A stretch of DNA of 64,000 bases, from IMG/VR virus record IMGVR_UViG_3300037424_000224, positions 1-64,000 of that record; one strand, 5' to 3'. The number at the start of each line of letters is the position of its first letter. Within the stretch, counting starts at the first letter, position 1. Of this stretch, positions 8,042-18,545 are shown piece by piece. Source of the DNA: a virus (Duplodnaviria > Caudoviricetes). The notes beneath the pieces are model-generated. The model made no database searches and was not told where the DNA came from. It saw only the letters and a program-made list of their open reading frames with translations. The position numbers and the translations under genes were made by a program.

Positions 8042-9335
8042 TATAATTAGCAGTTTCGGCCTTGAAAATCAAAGGTAGACTTCCAGGCGGCCCATTACGG
8101 TGTTTTGAAACTATCAACTCAGTAAGTCCTAAATTATCTTCTTTCTTCTCATACATTTCTTCTCTATAAAGAAATAATACTTGATCTGCATTTTCTTCTA
8201 GATTACCACTTTGTCTCAAATCTGATAGAGTTGGTCGCTTATCATCTCGTCTTTCTACGGCACGATTAAGTTGTGAAACTAGTAAACAAGTAATATCCAA
8301 CTCCATAGCAATCTTCTTAATCTGTCTACTAATACTACCAATCTCTTGAGTTAAATCATCATTAGTAGACGGAACTAGTTGCACGTGGTCTAAGGCCATG
8401 ACTTTAATCCCGTGTTTAACTACCATCTTTCTAGTTTGAGTCATAATATCATAGATATTAGCAGAAACATTAGTTTCTAGATACATTGGAAGATTCTGTA
8501 ATCGCTTTAAACCTTCTGTTACCTTATTATACTCGGCTTGAGTGAGCTTGCCATTAACAATCTTAGTTAGATTAACTCCTGATTCAATAGATGCCAATCT
8601 TTGTACTAACTGGGAGCGTCCCATTTCAAATTCCCATAAGTAACTAGGTACGCCATTTTTTGCCATGTTTAATAACATTTTAAGCACGATTGCCGTTTTA
8701 CCCGTGCCTGGTCTAGCTGCTACAATCACCATATCCTGAGCATGTAATCCACCAGAGATTAGGTCGTAGCCTGTAAAACCTGTCATAATACCAATCTTAT
8801 CAGGGTTTTCAATTCTAAAATGTAGGTCGTCCCATTCCTTTAGAACTAAATCATTCATAGAATAGGTCTTACCAACTTCATCATCGTCCTGAAAGTTATT
8901 AAAGAGTGAAAATATTTTCTCTTTAGCTATCTTGGCTTTGGCTATTGGATTATATCCGGTATCTATACACTGTGTACCAATCTCAATAATGTTCCTTAGA
9001 GTATAAGCGTCTTTGACTAGACTTAAATAATACTCAGCATTATTTGGTACAAATTCATCAGACATTAATCCATTAAGGAAGATGTCTCCACCAATTTCGT
9101 CATACTTATTAGCAGTTCTTAATTCTTCTTTTAGAGATAAAAAGTCAATTGGTTTATTATCCAAAAATAGCCTGTGAATTGCTATCCACAATGCCCTATA
9201 CTCTGGTTTATAAAAATATTCTGATTTTACTTTAAAGTTATAAAGCAGATTATTATCTAGTATCATGCAACAAATAAATGCTCGTTCTGCTTCTACATTC
9301 TGTGGAGTTACTAAGCGTTGTTGTAAATCAGCCAC
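8016..9335 (-). CDS. dnaB: Replicative helicase DnaB
   Basis: AARPGTGKT Walker A, LDHVQL, SQLNRAVERR, DLRQSGNLEENAD, KHRNGP. Confidence 0.95.
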   Translation of the reverse strand: MADLQQRLVTPQNVEAERAFICCMILDNNLLYNFKVKSEYFYKPEYRALWIAIHRLFLDNKPIDFLSLKEELRTANKYDEIGGDIFLNGLMSDEFVPNNAEYYLSLVKDAYTLRNIIEIGTQCIDTGYNPIAKAKIAKEKIFSLFNNFQDDDEVGKTYSMNDLVLKEWDDLHFRIENPDKIGIMTGFTGYDLISGGLHAQDMVIVAARPGTGKTAIVLKMLLNMAKNGVPSYLWEFEMGRSQLVQRLASIESGVNLTKIVNGKLTQAEYNKVTEGLKRLQNLPMYLETNVSANIYDIMTQTRKMVVKHGIKVMALDHVQLVPSTNDDLTQEIGSISRQIKKIAMELDITCLLVSQLNRAVERRDDKRPTLSDLRQSGNLEENADQVLFLYREEMYEKKEDNLGLTELIVSKHRNGPPGSLPLIFKAETANYIDLGNYEQ

Positions 9336-9580
9336 GTTTTATCCTTAATTTTAATTTTATCTCTTTTTGTACTTAAATCTTCAATCAACTTTTGTGTATC
9401 TTCTTTTTGTCTTTTATACTTAAATATAGATTCTTGTAAGTCTTTTTCATCCCCAATTAGCCCTATACAGATTGTGTTAAAGTACCCCCATGTATTTTTC
9501 CCATTGGGGTCAAAGGTCTGATTAGACCCAGCTCTCAACAAGGCTTCTAGGAGTCTCCAACGACCGTACAAATTAATCAT
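9311..9580 (-). CDS. Hypothetical protein directly upstream of dnaB (possibly a DnaD-like/loader fragment)
   Basis: Frame is open back to 9637 without a start codon; function guess weak. Confidence 0.4.
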   Translation of the reverse strand: MINLYGRWRLLEALLRAGSNQTFDPNGKNTWGYFNTICIGLIGDEKDLQESIFKYKRQKEDTQKLIEDLSTKRDKIKIKDKTWLIYNNA

Positions 9581-9632
9581 TTTTCTAAGTTGGCCCCACT
9601 CTCTTGCCTGTAAATCTCTATCAAAAAGAACC

Positions 9633-10193
9633 TTAAATTATTCCCCCAATCAACCATTCTTGTAGTGTCTGAAGTACAAGACTACATAAATCATCAAGAG
9701 TACCTGAATTATCGAGTACAGCGTCGTAATATCCATCTGAGTAGCCACCTATTGGAAGTGAAGTCTCGCTTGGGTCATTATAGGACGAGGAACTTTTCAA
9801 AATTTCACTTTCTGGTCGTTCGACCCTAAGCTTTATTACACTATCAGTGGGCCAATTTCTTCGTAAAAACTCGTATTCGTTAAGATAACGCCAATCGTCA
9901 ACTATTGCTACTTCTGTGTTACTTTGGTGTATTCTACTAGAGTTTTCACGTACCCAAAAATCTAAGTCGTAATTACGTGCAACCCTTCCTAAATCAATTA
10001 ATAGTTGTCTACCTTTTCCGTCCTTTACACCATCCCAATTAAATACGCTTTTGCACATCTGTTTTATAGAAGAGGCGTTTGGGAATATCTCTGATATGAA
10101 CTTGTCTTGATATAATAAATCCCTAAGATAGTTTGCAGTAGTAGTTTTACCTACTCCAGCTTTTCCTGAAATTAATATTATTGTTTTACTCAT
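9633..10193 (-). CDS. Deoxynucleoside monophosphate kinase-like P-loop protein
   Basis: ISGKAGVGKTT, GRQLLIDLG, VDDWRYLNE, DNSGTLDDL. Confidence 0.8.
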   Translation of the reverse strand: MSKTIILISGKAGVGKTTTANYLRDLLYQDKFISEIFPNASSIKQMCKSVFNWDGVKDGKGRQLLIDLGRVARNYDLDFWVRENSSRIHQSNTEVAIVDDWRYLNEYEFLRRNWPTDSVIKLRVERPESEILKSSSSYNDPSETSLPIGGYSDGYYDAVLDNSGTLDDLCSLVLQTLQEWLIGGII

Positions 10194-10385
10194 TCAAACA
10201 TCATACCTCACAAAGAAATTAGAGGTCTCTAAACAATAGCCGTATTTAACTTCCTCATGTACCAAACATGGATATTGTACTGGTTCATATGTTGCCAATA
10301 ACTGGGTAAAATCGTTCCACTGTTCTAAGTTGTCTATTCTCCACCAACTTTTACCATCTTCTTTATATACTCTAATATAGTCCAT
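10194..10385 (-). CDS. Hypothetical protein
   Basis: 63-aa ORF in operon. Confidence 0.55.
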   Translation of the reverse strand: MDYIRVYKEDGKSWWRIDNLEQWNDFTQLLATYEPVQYPCLVHEEVKYGYCLETSNFFVRYDV

Positions 10386-10388
10386 AAT

Positions 10389-10488
10389 ATAAATCCCTAC
10401 GGGTGGGCCGGTTTGCTAGGTATTGACCACGACTCTCGCCCACTGGTCTTGTTCGTCACCACTAAACCCGTTCCCGTAGGGTATTTAT
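10389..10488 (-). ncRNA. Candidate structured RNA between ssb and the next gene
   Basis: Outer stem CCCTACGGG/CCCGTAGGG, inner GGTTT/AAACC, apical GACCA/TGGTC capped by GGC-GAGA-GTC (GNRA loop). Confidence 0.5.
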
Positions 10489-10496
10489 CCTTTCAA

Positions 10497-11288
10497 TTAC
10501 TTAATATTGTAGTCAATAGCAGGAGCTGGTTGAGTCTGAGCTTCCTGTGCGGCCCGTGCCGCTAGAATATCTGAAACCTTAACTCCGTCAAGAATTGCCT
10601 GAACTTCATCAGTTGTAAAAGCAAATCCAGCATTTAAGTCGATTTTCTTATCCTGGTACTCATCTGGATTGATTGTTAATGGTGAACCTAATAGAGGAGT
10701 AACAGAGACTTTCATTTCTCTACCCTCACCTTTAGCCATTAACTGGATAGCAAAATGAGTTAATCCTAGTTTTGCACCATTAATTGGGTCTGCATCTTTG
10801 GGGTCAACAACTGAATTATTTAGTGCGTCTAACTGAGCAAATAGTTCTGGCCCTCTTTCAAGAATTTGTACCTCATTCATAGATTCTGCCTTAACGTCCA
10901 CTAGAGAATTACCTTTAGCATCTGTGGCAGGGTAGACTAACTTATCATTCTTATCTTTCATAGGTAAGTATGGTTCACCATCAGAACCCCTCTTAACGGG
11001 GGTAAGATTAACTACATTTACCATATATCTCTTTTGAATCTTATTAAAGCTTGGATTCTTCCAACCGTCAGGGCCGAGTAAAGCGTTCTTAGCGCAAACT
11101 GGACATTCTGCCTTACCCAGACATCTAACGCTGGCTTTCTTTCCTTCACTATCAGTTAGCCAATGTTGCCACTTCTGAACTGCGTCGGCGTCGATAACTT
11201 GTACAATGGCAGGGATTCCTGCGATTACTTTGACGAACTTATTTGCATTTGTTGCGGTATTTTTCTTGGGCTCTACGTAATATGCCAT
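10497..11288 (-). CDS. ssb: Single-stranded DNA-binding protein (gp32-like, Zn-binding)
   Basis: KWQHW..VRC..CPVC..RYMVNV; flexible tail; between recA and dnaB. Confidence 0.7.
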   Translation of the reverse strand: MAYYVEPKKNTATNANKFVKVIAGIPAIVQVIDADAVQKWQHWLTDSEGKKASVRCLGKAECPVCAKNALLGPDGWKNPSFNKIQKRYMVNVVNLTPVKRGSDGEPYLPMKDKNDKLVYPATDAKGNSLVDVKAESMNEVQILERGPELFAQLDALNNSVVDPKDADPINGAKLGLTHFAIQLMAKGEGREMKVSVTPLLGSPLTINPDEYQDKKIDLNAGFAFTTDEVQAILDGVKVSDILAARAAQEAQTQPAPAIDYNIK

Positions 11289-11306
11289 TTTAATATTTTC
11301 CTTTTA

Positions 11307-11744
11307 TTATTTGGTGTCTGCTGTTGCTGATATTGTTACCGTCGATGTTAATGGTGTTACTGATACAACTGGACTTGTTATTACTGCGCTTTTTTCTGTT
11401 ACTACTGGGTCTACTGGTTTAGTATCAGTAGTCTTTAGTTCACCGAATACACTTGATGCACTAATAAAACCTATATTTTTGTTATTTACACGGTCAGCTA
11501 CTGACATTCCTAACTTATATCCACCAGTTGTTGAAACTGAAATAATCAAGCCAGCAATAATAACCACTATCCACTGTGATACGTCTATAGGTTTTGTAAC
11601 TGTAAATTGATATGCACTACCTATTAATGATCCTACTCCTAATGCTAACCACTCTGCCGCTGTTCCACTTAAACCTGCCTTAGTTTTAATCCACTCAGTA
11701 AGACCCAGGATTAATGCTACTACTGCTCCTAGACTAATATCCAT
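11307..11744 (-). CDS. Holin-like membrane protein (about 3 TM) with a T/V/S-rich tail
   Basis: ALILGLTEWIK..LALGVG pattern. Confidence 0.6.
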   Translation of the reverse strand: MDISLGAVVALILGLTEWIKTKAGLSGTAAEWLALGVGSLIGSAYQFTVTKPIDVSQWIVVIIAGLIISVSTTGGYKLGMSVADRVNNKNIGFISASSVFGELKTTDTKPVDPVVTEKSAVITSPVVSVTPLTSTVTISATADTK

Positions 11745-11750
11745 ATTTAT

Positions 11751-12734
11751 TTATTTATCTCCTAATACTTGCGCTAATACTTCTTTTTCTATTTTGTCAG
11801 TTAATTCTTGATTCTCGGACAACATCGCTATAGTCTTTTCTTTACCTTGACCAATATTTTCCCCATTATAAAATGTATATGCGCCCCTAGGAATTAATAC
11901 TCCATACTCAATTGCCATATTATATACCTCTGCACCTTTAACAATTCCCTTTCCATAATATATACTATAATGAGGTTCACTGCCCGGACGGCCACCAACT
12001 TTGTTTTTCTTAAAGTTGGCTATACAGTCTATTCCTACTACTTCACCATTGACTTTAATATCTTCTTTCTTCTTAGTTTGAATTCTAACTGAAGCATAGT
12101 GTTTTAGAGCGTGTCCACCAGACGTACCAACCATTGGCACATAACTTCCAATTACATCTCTGGCCTGATTGGTAAAAATCATAGCGACATTATTCGCCCG
12201 TATGCCATACATATTCTTTTTGAAATACTGAGTTAGAAGTCCAGAAATAGATGAAACACTTCTCTCACCAATTTCCTTTTCTTTCTCTGTAGCAGTTGAA
12301 AGTCCCACTACGGAGTCAAATACAATACAACCAAATAAACCACTGTCAATCCATCTTTCTGATAAACTTAAAGCACTATCTAATGTATCTGGCTGACTAA
12401 ACCAAAGAGAGTCGTAATCTACTCCACATAATTCCATATAATCAGGATCACCCGACTGTTCAGTATCGATATACCCACAATGAATACCTTTACGTTGTGC
12501 GTTGGCAATAATATAATTACATAAGGTACTTTTTCCTGTGGATTCTATTCCAAAAAGTTCAGTTACACGTCCTCTTGGTATACCACCAATTCCTGTGGCT
12601 AGGTCTACTGCTAGTGAACCTGTAGAAATTGCTTCTGGCTTGATTCCATCAAATCCAGCACCAGTTAATACGATTGCGTCATCTTCCCATTCTTTTCTAA
12701 TATCTTTTAATAGTTTATCTAATTCTTCACTCAT
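11751..12734 (-). CDS. recA: RecA-family recombinase
   Basis: ISTGSLAVDLATGIGGIPRGRVTELFGIESTGKST, FTNQAR, GGHALKHYASVRI. Confidence 0.95.
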   Translation of the reverse strand: MSEELDKLLKDIRKEWEDDAIVLTGAGFDGIKPEAISTGSLAVDLATGIGGIPRGRVTELFGIESTGKSTLCNYIIANAQRKGIHCGYIDTEQSGDPDYMELCGVDYDSLWFSQPDTLDSALSLSERWIDSGLFGCIVFDSVVGLSTATEKEKEIGERSVSSISGLLTQYFKKNMYGIRANNVAMIFTNQARDVIGSYVPMVGTSGGHALKHYASVRIQTKKKEDIKVNGEVVGIDCIANFKKNKVGGRPGSEPHYSIYYGKGIVKGAEVYNMAIEYGVLIPRGAYTFYNGENIGQGKEKTIAMLSENQELTDKIEKEVLAQVLGDK

Positions 12735-12954
12735 GCTTTGTATTATACCACATTTCTTCTATTTTGTCAAGTTCGGAGCTCTTCACTCTAATTCTTACTG
12801 TAATATCAGTTACACCGCCAGAACTTGATGTATCATAATCTGTTACAATACATGCCGGTGTTTCTACTGACATTAATTTTACTACAAAAAAACGTTCTTT
12901 TTTGCTCATACTTTCATCCACCCCAACTTTTTCCGCACAAAACATCAACTTCAA
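12727..12954 (-). CDS. Hypothetical protein
   Basis: ORF in operon with overlaps. Confidence 0.55.
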   Translation of the reverse strand: MKLMFCAEKVGVDESMSKKERFFVVKLMSVETPACIVTDYDTSSSGGVTDITVRIRVKSSELDKIEEMWYNTKHE

Positions 12955-14737
12955 TCGGCACAGTTTTAATCATAGATTCTCCGGCTCTAATCATACAATC
13001 TCGTACAATTTCTTCACCTCGTTCGGCAAATTCTTCTGGTACTTGACAAACTATTTCATCATGAACTGCTATAATAATATTACCACCGACCTCTTTAAGT
13101 GCATCATAAAGATATACTTTAGCCAGCTTTGTCATATCAGCACTTGTACCTTGAATGGCATGGTTGGCTCCCTCACGTTTAATTGAAGATAAAATCTGTT
13201 CAAAATCTTGATTACCAAAACTTGGTGTAGTAAAGTAGCGTCTACGTCCTAAAATAGTGGTCGCGTAACCATTAATTACTGCTTCGTTTCCTAATTCCTT
13301 TAGTTTAGCAGTTAAGATTGGATAGGCTGCATGAAAACCTTCTACAATAGTCCTGGCTTCTTTCATACTTACTTGAAACTTAGAAACTAAATTACTTGGG
13401 CCACTTCCATACAAACTTGCAAAATTAATATTTTTTGAAATTGTTCGCTCTCTACTATCTTTAGTAACTTCGTCATAGGGAATATGAAATACTTTAGAAG
13501 CTGTTAGTTTGTGCATATCCTTACCAGTTCTATAAGCTTCCAAGAATTCTGGTTCTTGACTCAGTTCAGTAGCAATTCTTAATTCTACTTGACTATAATC
13601 TGATTTAATTAATACACAATGTGGGTCTGCTATAAAAGCTAATCTATAATTAATATCTACAGATGGGTCTTTTGCTGGGTTGGGACATTGCTGAAGATTG
13701 GGTTGTTCACAGGATTCTCTGCCTGTGGCGGCTCCGATTTGATTAAATCCAGCATGAATCTTACCATCTTTTTGTACATAATCATCTATATAAGACTGAC
13801 CAAAAGCACTTAATCTCTTACTTAATTTTCTATTTTTAAGAAGTGCCTCCACAACTGGGTGATGAATATTAGATAAAGCCTCTGAGCCTGTACTATCTAC
13901 TTTAATACCAAAAGTATTAAGCATTACTAAAACTTGCTGAATACTGTTTAGATTAATTTCAGTAGCCTCTATCTTTTCAATTACTGAAATTCCTTTCTTT
14001 TTACGGGGTACATCTAAAGTTCCGGCAGTAGATAACATTTCTCGTAGTTCTTTTTCCGCTTGTTTTTGACGTTTATTAGTAAGATCGTAGATTTTCATCC
14101 AGAGTTTCTGGTCAAATCCTACTCCTAATAATTCCATCTCTGCTAGAATTCTTACTAAAGGAAACTCTATATTGTACGCAATATTGGCTACGTCTTTCTT
14201 GATTAACTGTTCATAGATAAGTGGATAGAGTTTAAGTAGATAAATTACGTCATCTGCCGCATAGTTTAGTTGTTGGTCAGTAAAGAATACAATTTCTTCT
14301 TGGAACTGATTTCTAATCTCTTTTACTAGATTTACATTCAGGTACTTAAAGGTTAAGTCATTTAGAGAAGACATAATCTTACCAATTCCAGCAGTTAATA
14401 AGGATTCTGCTATCATGGTATCAAATACATATTCTGGAAGCCATCCATAGTTCTTTTTTAGAAACTTAATATCAAATTTTCCATTATGAAATAACCATCT
14501 AATATGTGAACTCAATCTGCTAAAAAACTCAGTCATGTCCAAAGCTCTAGCATCATAAATGTAAACTAAATCCTCAGATACGCCAATTTGTACTAAAAGT
14601 AATTGATTTTCAAGTGCATTTAGTCCATTAGTTTCAACATCTAATGCCATTACTTCTTTAAATGGTTCAAAAGACTCTCTGTTGATTATTTCGAGTGACT
14701 TCCACATTTCTTCTTCAGTTGTTATATAATGCCACAC
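12914..14737 (-). CDS. polA: Family A DNA polymerase with 3'-5' exonuclease, no 5' nuclease
   Basis: ExoI LDVET, ExoII HNGKFD, ExoIII YAADD; motif A DYSQVELR, motif B KNINFASLYG, motif C VHDE. Confidence 0.95.
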   Translation of the reverse strand: MWHYITTEEEMWKSLEIINRESFEPFKEVMALDVETNGLNALENQLLLVQIGVSEDLVYIYDARALDMTEFFSRLSSHIRWLFHNGKFDIKFLKKNYGWLPEYVFDTMIAESLLTAGIGKIMSSLNDLTFKYLNVNLVKEIRNQFQEEIVFFTDQQLNYAADDVIYLLKLYPLIYEQLIKKDVANIAYNIEFPLVRILAEMELLGVGFDQKLWMKIYDLTNKRQKQAEKELREMLSTAGTLDVPRKKKGISVIEKIEATEINLNSIQQVLVMLNTFGIKVDSTGSEALSNIHHPVVEALLKNRKLSKRLSAFGQSYIDDYVQKDGKIHAGFNQIGAATGRESCEQPNLQQCPNPAKDPSVDINYRLAFIADPHCVLIKSDYSQVELRIATELSQEPEFLEAYRTGKDMHKLTASKVFHIPYDEVTKDSRERTISKNINFASLYGSGPSNLVSKFQVSMKEARTIVEGFHAAYPILTAKLKELGNEAVINGYATTILGRRRYFTTPSFGNQDFEQILSSIKREGANHAIQGTSADMTKLAKVYLYDALKEVGGNIIIAVHDEIVCQVPEEFAERGEEIVRDCMIRAGESMIKTVPIEVDVLCGKSWGG

Positions 14738-15102
14738 TATTTATTTCTACTTTCTTTAAACTTATTGATTGCGTATCTCCAAGCTTTATCTGCTTGTTCA
14801 TTATCTGGCTGTTGTAATAATACATCTTCAAATTTGGATAGTATAGTTAGAGGTAATGCTTCTACGTCTCCCATAAAAACGCATCCCCACTTACCAGAAA
14901 ACATTACATGGTTACAAACATTATCGCTTTCAAAATATACAGCACACATACGTTTATAAGTACCAGAATAATAAGCACATAAATCTGTCGGAATCATTAT
15001 AATGCTAACAGGAGAAAATGTGGTATTACAAACATGACAAGTAATCATATCAGTGGGTTGTCTATATGCCACACCAGTTTCTAACTCAAAAATACTATTC
15101 AC
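14737..15102 (-). CDS. Hypothetical protein (Cys-containing)
   Basis: GTG start, coupled to polA. Confidence 0.55.
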   Translation of the reverse strand: MNSIFELETGVAYRQPTDMITCHVCNTTFSPVSIIMIPTDLCAYYSGTYKRMCAVYFESDNVCNHVMFSGKWGCVFMGDVEALPLTILSKFEDVLLQQPDNEQADKAWRYAINKFKESRNK

Positions 15103-15178
15103 TTAATTCCTTTCTGGATATTAATAAAGTAATCCATTTACTGAATATCCTTGCCCGATAATCCATAATTAGTCTCTA

Positions 15179-15379
15179 TTAAATACATTTAATTTTCCTA
15201 TATAATTTATAAATATAAAGTCTATAATTGTTTTCTTTATACTCACTACTATTTTTAATGTCCTTAATAAATTCTTTAAAATAATCCTTACAATCCTTTA
15301 TAAGATAAAATTCATCTGATTCTATATAGTATTCATTATTATTACTTATTTCCACTATTGTAGCAATATATTTATACAT
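15179..15379 (-). CDS. Hypothetical protein
   Basis: ORF in operon. Confidence 0.5.
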   Translation of the reverse strand: MYKYIATIVEISNNNEYYIESDEFYLIKDCKDYFKEFIKDIKNSSEYKENNYRLYIYKLYRKIKCI

Positions 15380-15732
15380 TATGCTTCACCTCTATCTATG
15401 ATAAAATTAATTAACTTACCCGTTTTTTCTGCATAAAGAGATAAAATTGCCATTTGACCGTCATTACCATTAGTAAATATATGGACTTCATCTACTAAAT
15501 CTACTAATGTATCATAACCTATGATTTTCGGGACTCTACTAGTAAATTCAGATTTAGTAACTGGTATATCAATCACAATTAAATCCTGAAATAAGGCTTG
15601 ATTACGAGCAACATTATCTACACCTTCCATCCTACCACAGTATAAAATTGTATCAATTGATAAAGTTTTTACAAACTCTTTAACCAAATCTAAGTCTGGA
15701 AAATTAACTGAACCAGTAATTAACACTTTCAT
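15379..15732 (-). CDS. SLOG-superfamily (DUF2493/YspA-like) protein
   Basis: MKVLITGSVNF..G..EGVD..A pattern. Confidence 0.5.
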   Translation of the reverse strand: MKVLITGSVNFPDLDLVKEFVKTLSIDTILYCGRMEGVDNVARNQALFQDLIVIDIPVTKSEFTSRVPKIIGYDTLVDLVDEVHIFTNGNDGQMAILSLYAEKTGKLINFIIDRGEA

Positions 15733-15968
15733 TAAAAGCCTCTCGAACTATTCTGAAATTCCCACTCTTTACCGTGTTCAAATCCTAATTTATAGGCTCT
15801 CTCAAGCTCTGATGCTACCCATCCCCAATCTCTAAAGAAATAGTTATCCTCTGGTTCTCCACCGTCCCAAAATTCATTAGATACTTCGTTATCTACAATA
15901 ATAGTTAATTTACTTCTATAGTCATCATTCATTTCAGATTGTTCAACTATGTATCTACGCTTTTCCAT
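15732..15968 (-). CDS. Hypothetical protein
   Basis: GGEPEDNYFFRDWGWV..ELERAY, a recurrent small phage protein pattern. Confidence 0.55.
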   Translation of the reverse strand: MEKRRYIVEQSEMNDDYRSKLTIIVDNEVSNEFWDGGEPEDNYFFRDWGWVASELERAYKLGFEHGKEWEFQNSSRGF

Positions 15969-16509
15969 CTAAATAATCCTTTCCTATATTATGTTCAAAT
16001 ATATCATTTAACCAGTCAAAGAATTCTTTTGAAGATAGATTTCTTTTTGCTTTGTTACAAATAATACAACACGGAACACAGTTATACAAATAATAACCAA
16101 TACTGTTATCATATCTATCTATTCCAGAATACTTTAAGTTTACTTTATTTACTACATCATAAAACGTATTATTAGGTAATCTACCACAATAGAAACATTC
16201 TTGTTGTATAAGTACATCAAAATCAAATCTAGATAAGTTAAAATCTACATTTCTACGAACAGCGTCAACTCTATAACCCTTATAAATTCGTTTACACATT
16301 CTTTCAAATGAAGTTTGATTTGATTTTCTTAGACACCCACAAGATGTTGTATGCCCTCTTCGTAAACCACTAACGTCTACCAATTTAATATTTCCACAAT
16401 CACACTTACATTTGTATATAATTCTTCTACTTTGGTTTCGTTTTGGGGCTTCTTCGATTACAGTTAACGAGCTAAATTTACGGCCTATCAAAAATTCCTT
16501 CTCTGGCAT
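15955..16509 (-). CDS. Free-standing HNH homing endonuclease, same family as 7478-8041
   Basis: CKCDCG..HTTSCGC, CFYCG, GIDR.DN..GY..NCVPCCIICN. Confidence 0.85.
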   Translation of the reverse strand: MPEKEFLIGRKFSSLTVIEEAPKRNQSRRIIYKCKCDCGNIKLVDVSGLRRGHTTSCGCLRKSNQTSFERMCKRIYKGYRVDAVRRNVDFNLSRFDFDVLIQQECFYCGRLPNNTFYDVVNKVNLKYSGIDRYDNSIGYYLYNCVPCCIICNKAKRNLSSKEFFDWLNDIFEHNIGKDYLDGKA

Positions 16510-17272
16510 TTTTTTCCTCCCAATCAGTAAAATATTTTATATACTCTTGATGAGTCTCAAACCCTATAAAATTATGCCCTAATAGTTTAGCGGACACAGC
16601 AGTAGTTCCTGAGCCCATAAAAGGGTCAAGAACTAAACCATTTTCAGAAGTACAAAACCAATCAATCATCTGTTTAGGAAGTTCAATTGGAAATACCCCA
16701 TGATGTCCGGGTAAGTGGTCTACAGGTAAATCACACACGTTTCCCCAATGCCAAAATGGTTTATCTAATTGTGGAAGCGTCTGTAATCTACACTCAAATG
16801 GGTCACCTTTACTATAAATAAAAATATTCTCGTATCTAGGCATTAATCTTACTGGTCGGTCGCCTTTCTTACTCATATTCTGCCATTTAGTCTCAGCAAA
16901 GCTCAGACGATAGCCACCTTTAGGCTTAGCCCATATTAAGTTATCATAATAGGTAAAGATTTGTTCTTGTTTGTCGTCCACAGCATATTCTAACATGGCT
17001 TGGGTATCAAAACCTAAACTATACTTTCTACCATCTACTACAATTCTAGGACTTACATTCCAACAAATAAATCCACCCTTCTTTAATACTCTACCGCACT
17101 CCCTAATGACGTTAGTTATAAAATATAAATAGTCATTATAGGTTTTCCACTGTGCATATTCTCTAGCATTATAATAAGGCGGTGAAGTTACTATTAAGTC
17201 TACTGAATTAGTAGGAATTTCAGTAAGTCCTACTATACAATCCATATTATAAATCTTGTTTAGTTCCAGCAA
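16478..17272 (-). CDS. Beta-class amino-DNA methyltransferase (probably m4C)
   Basis: VDLIVTSPPY precedes VLDPFMGSGTT. Confidence 0.9.
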   Translation of the reverse strand: MLELNKIYNMDCIVGLTEIPTNSVDLIVTSPPYYNAREYAQWKTYNDYLYFITNVIRECGRVLKKGGFICWNVSPRIVVDGRKYSLGFDTQAMLEYAVDDKQEQIFTYYDNLIWAKPKGGYRLSFAETKWQNMSKKGDRPVRLMPRYENIFIYSKGDPFECRLQTLPQLDKPFWHWGNVCDLPVDHLPGHHGVFPIELPKQMIDWFCTSENGLVLDPFMGSGTTAVSAKLLGHNFIGFETHQEYIKYFTDWEEKNAREGIFDRP

Positions 17273-18453
17273 AGTTTAATAATCCTTTAAGTTGAACATT
17301 TAGAATCTCGAATAGGTTATCAGTTGGGATGTCTACAAAATATTCGCATACTTTATCAGACCAATGTATTTCAACCCCTTGTTCTGATACACACACTTCT
17401 GGAAATAAAGAATAAACTATTGTAGAACCAAGTTCCTCTTCTGTTTTTTCTCGTACTGTTGCTTGTATCATATTAATCAACCTTATAGATAATAGTAAAT
17501 GTTACGTTATGATATTTACCATAATTTGTACCAAATGAAGTCTCTGACTGAGTAGTATTAATAATATAAATATCCTTCTCTCTATTATCAAATAACCACT
17601 TATTGACATTGGACTCTAATTCAACAGAATTGGCCGACTCGAATATTTTTACTTTTAACATTATTTCCCCAATAGCAATAGAATTAGATTAAATAAATCA
17701 CCAATTCCCAACTTAACGTAATAGACCTCACCAGCATCTCTAAATTCTAGTTCAACTTCTTTAGGATTCTTTTTATCTACTTCGGACTTAACATTTTCAA
17801 TCTTTACAGCTGACCCGCGGGTCGGATTAAACTTTATTACTCTCATAGTATCTTAATTCCTTTAGGCTGTAGATAGTATCTACTGGTACACTCCAATTAT
17901 CTGATAATTCAAAAATCGCTAAAAACTCACCATCATTAGTAAGTCCACCTACTCTAAGATTGATTCTAGTCTTTATTTCGTAACCAGAGATAACAAATCT
18001 TATTTTATTTAATTGTTGCTCTGCTAATTCTAGGGCACTTAGTAACTGATAATACCAATTATACCCTGTACCTTTACAAAAGAAATCTAATGTATCTTTA
18101 TCCACTAGCTCCTAACTTAATCAATAGTGCTATTAAAGCTGCTACCATAAGAATCTCTGCTGCTGTTAACTCTGGTCTATTATCTGGTTTTCCAGAACCA
18201 TTACCACTTGATGTATCACTCACTTTTAACTATACCTACTTGTAATATTGTATGTGTCTCCAAGATTCATATTAATCTCTTCAATACAAACTGATTTAAT
18301 ACCCCATGATTCCTGTAATTCTTTTGCTGCAATTCTAGCATCTTCCAAAGACATTTCACACACTATAAAATATGCTTCGTCTACAAAACCTCTATTTGAT
18401 TGTTCTAAATGAACAAGAAAGTATTTCATTTTACGAGCCTTTCCGTCACTCAT
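17247..18453 (-). other. Run of small hypothetical ORFs (17247-17480, 17473-17661, 17661-17846, 17827-18105, a 41-aa ORF near 18100-18225, 18226-18453)
   Basis: Overlapping start/stop arrangement on the minus strand. Confidence 0.55.
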
Positions 18454-18545
18454 TATTTGGAAACCTAGATATTACTACTAATATAATTGTAACAATTACT
18501 GCTCCAATAAAAAATCCTAAAATAAAACTATTATTTATATCCATT

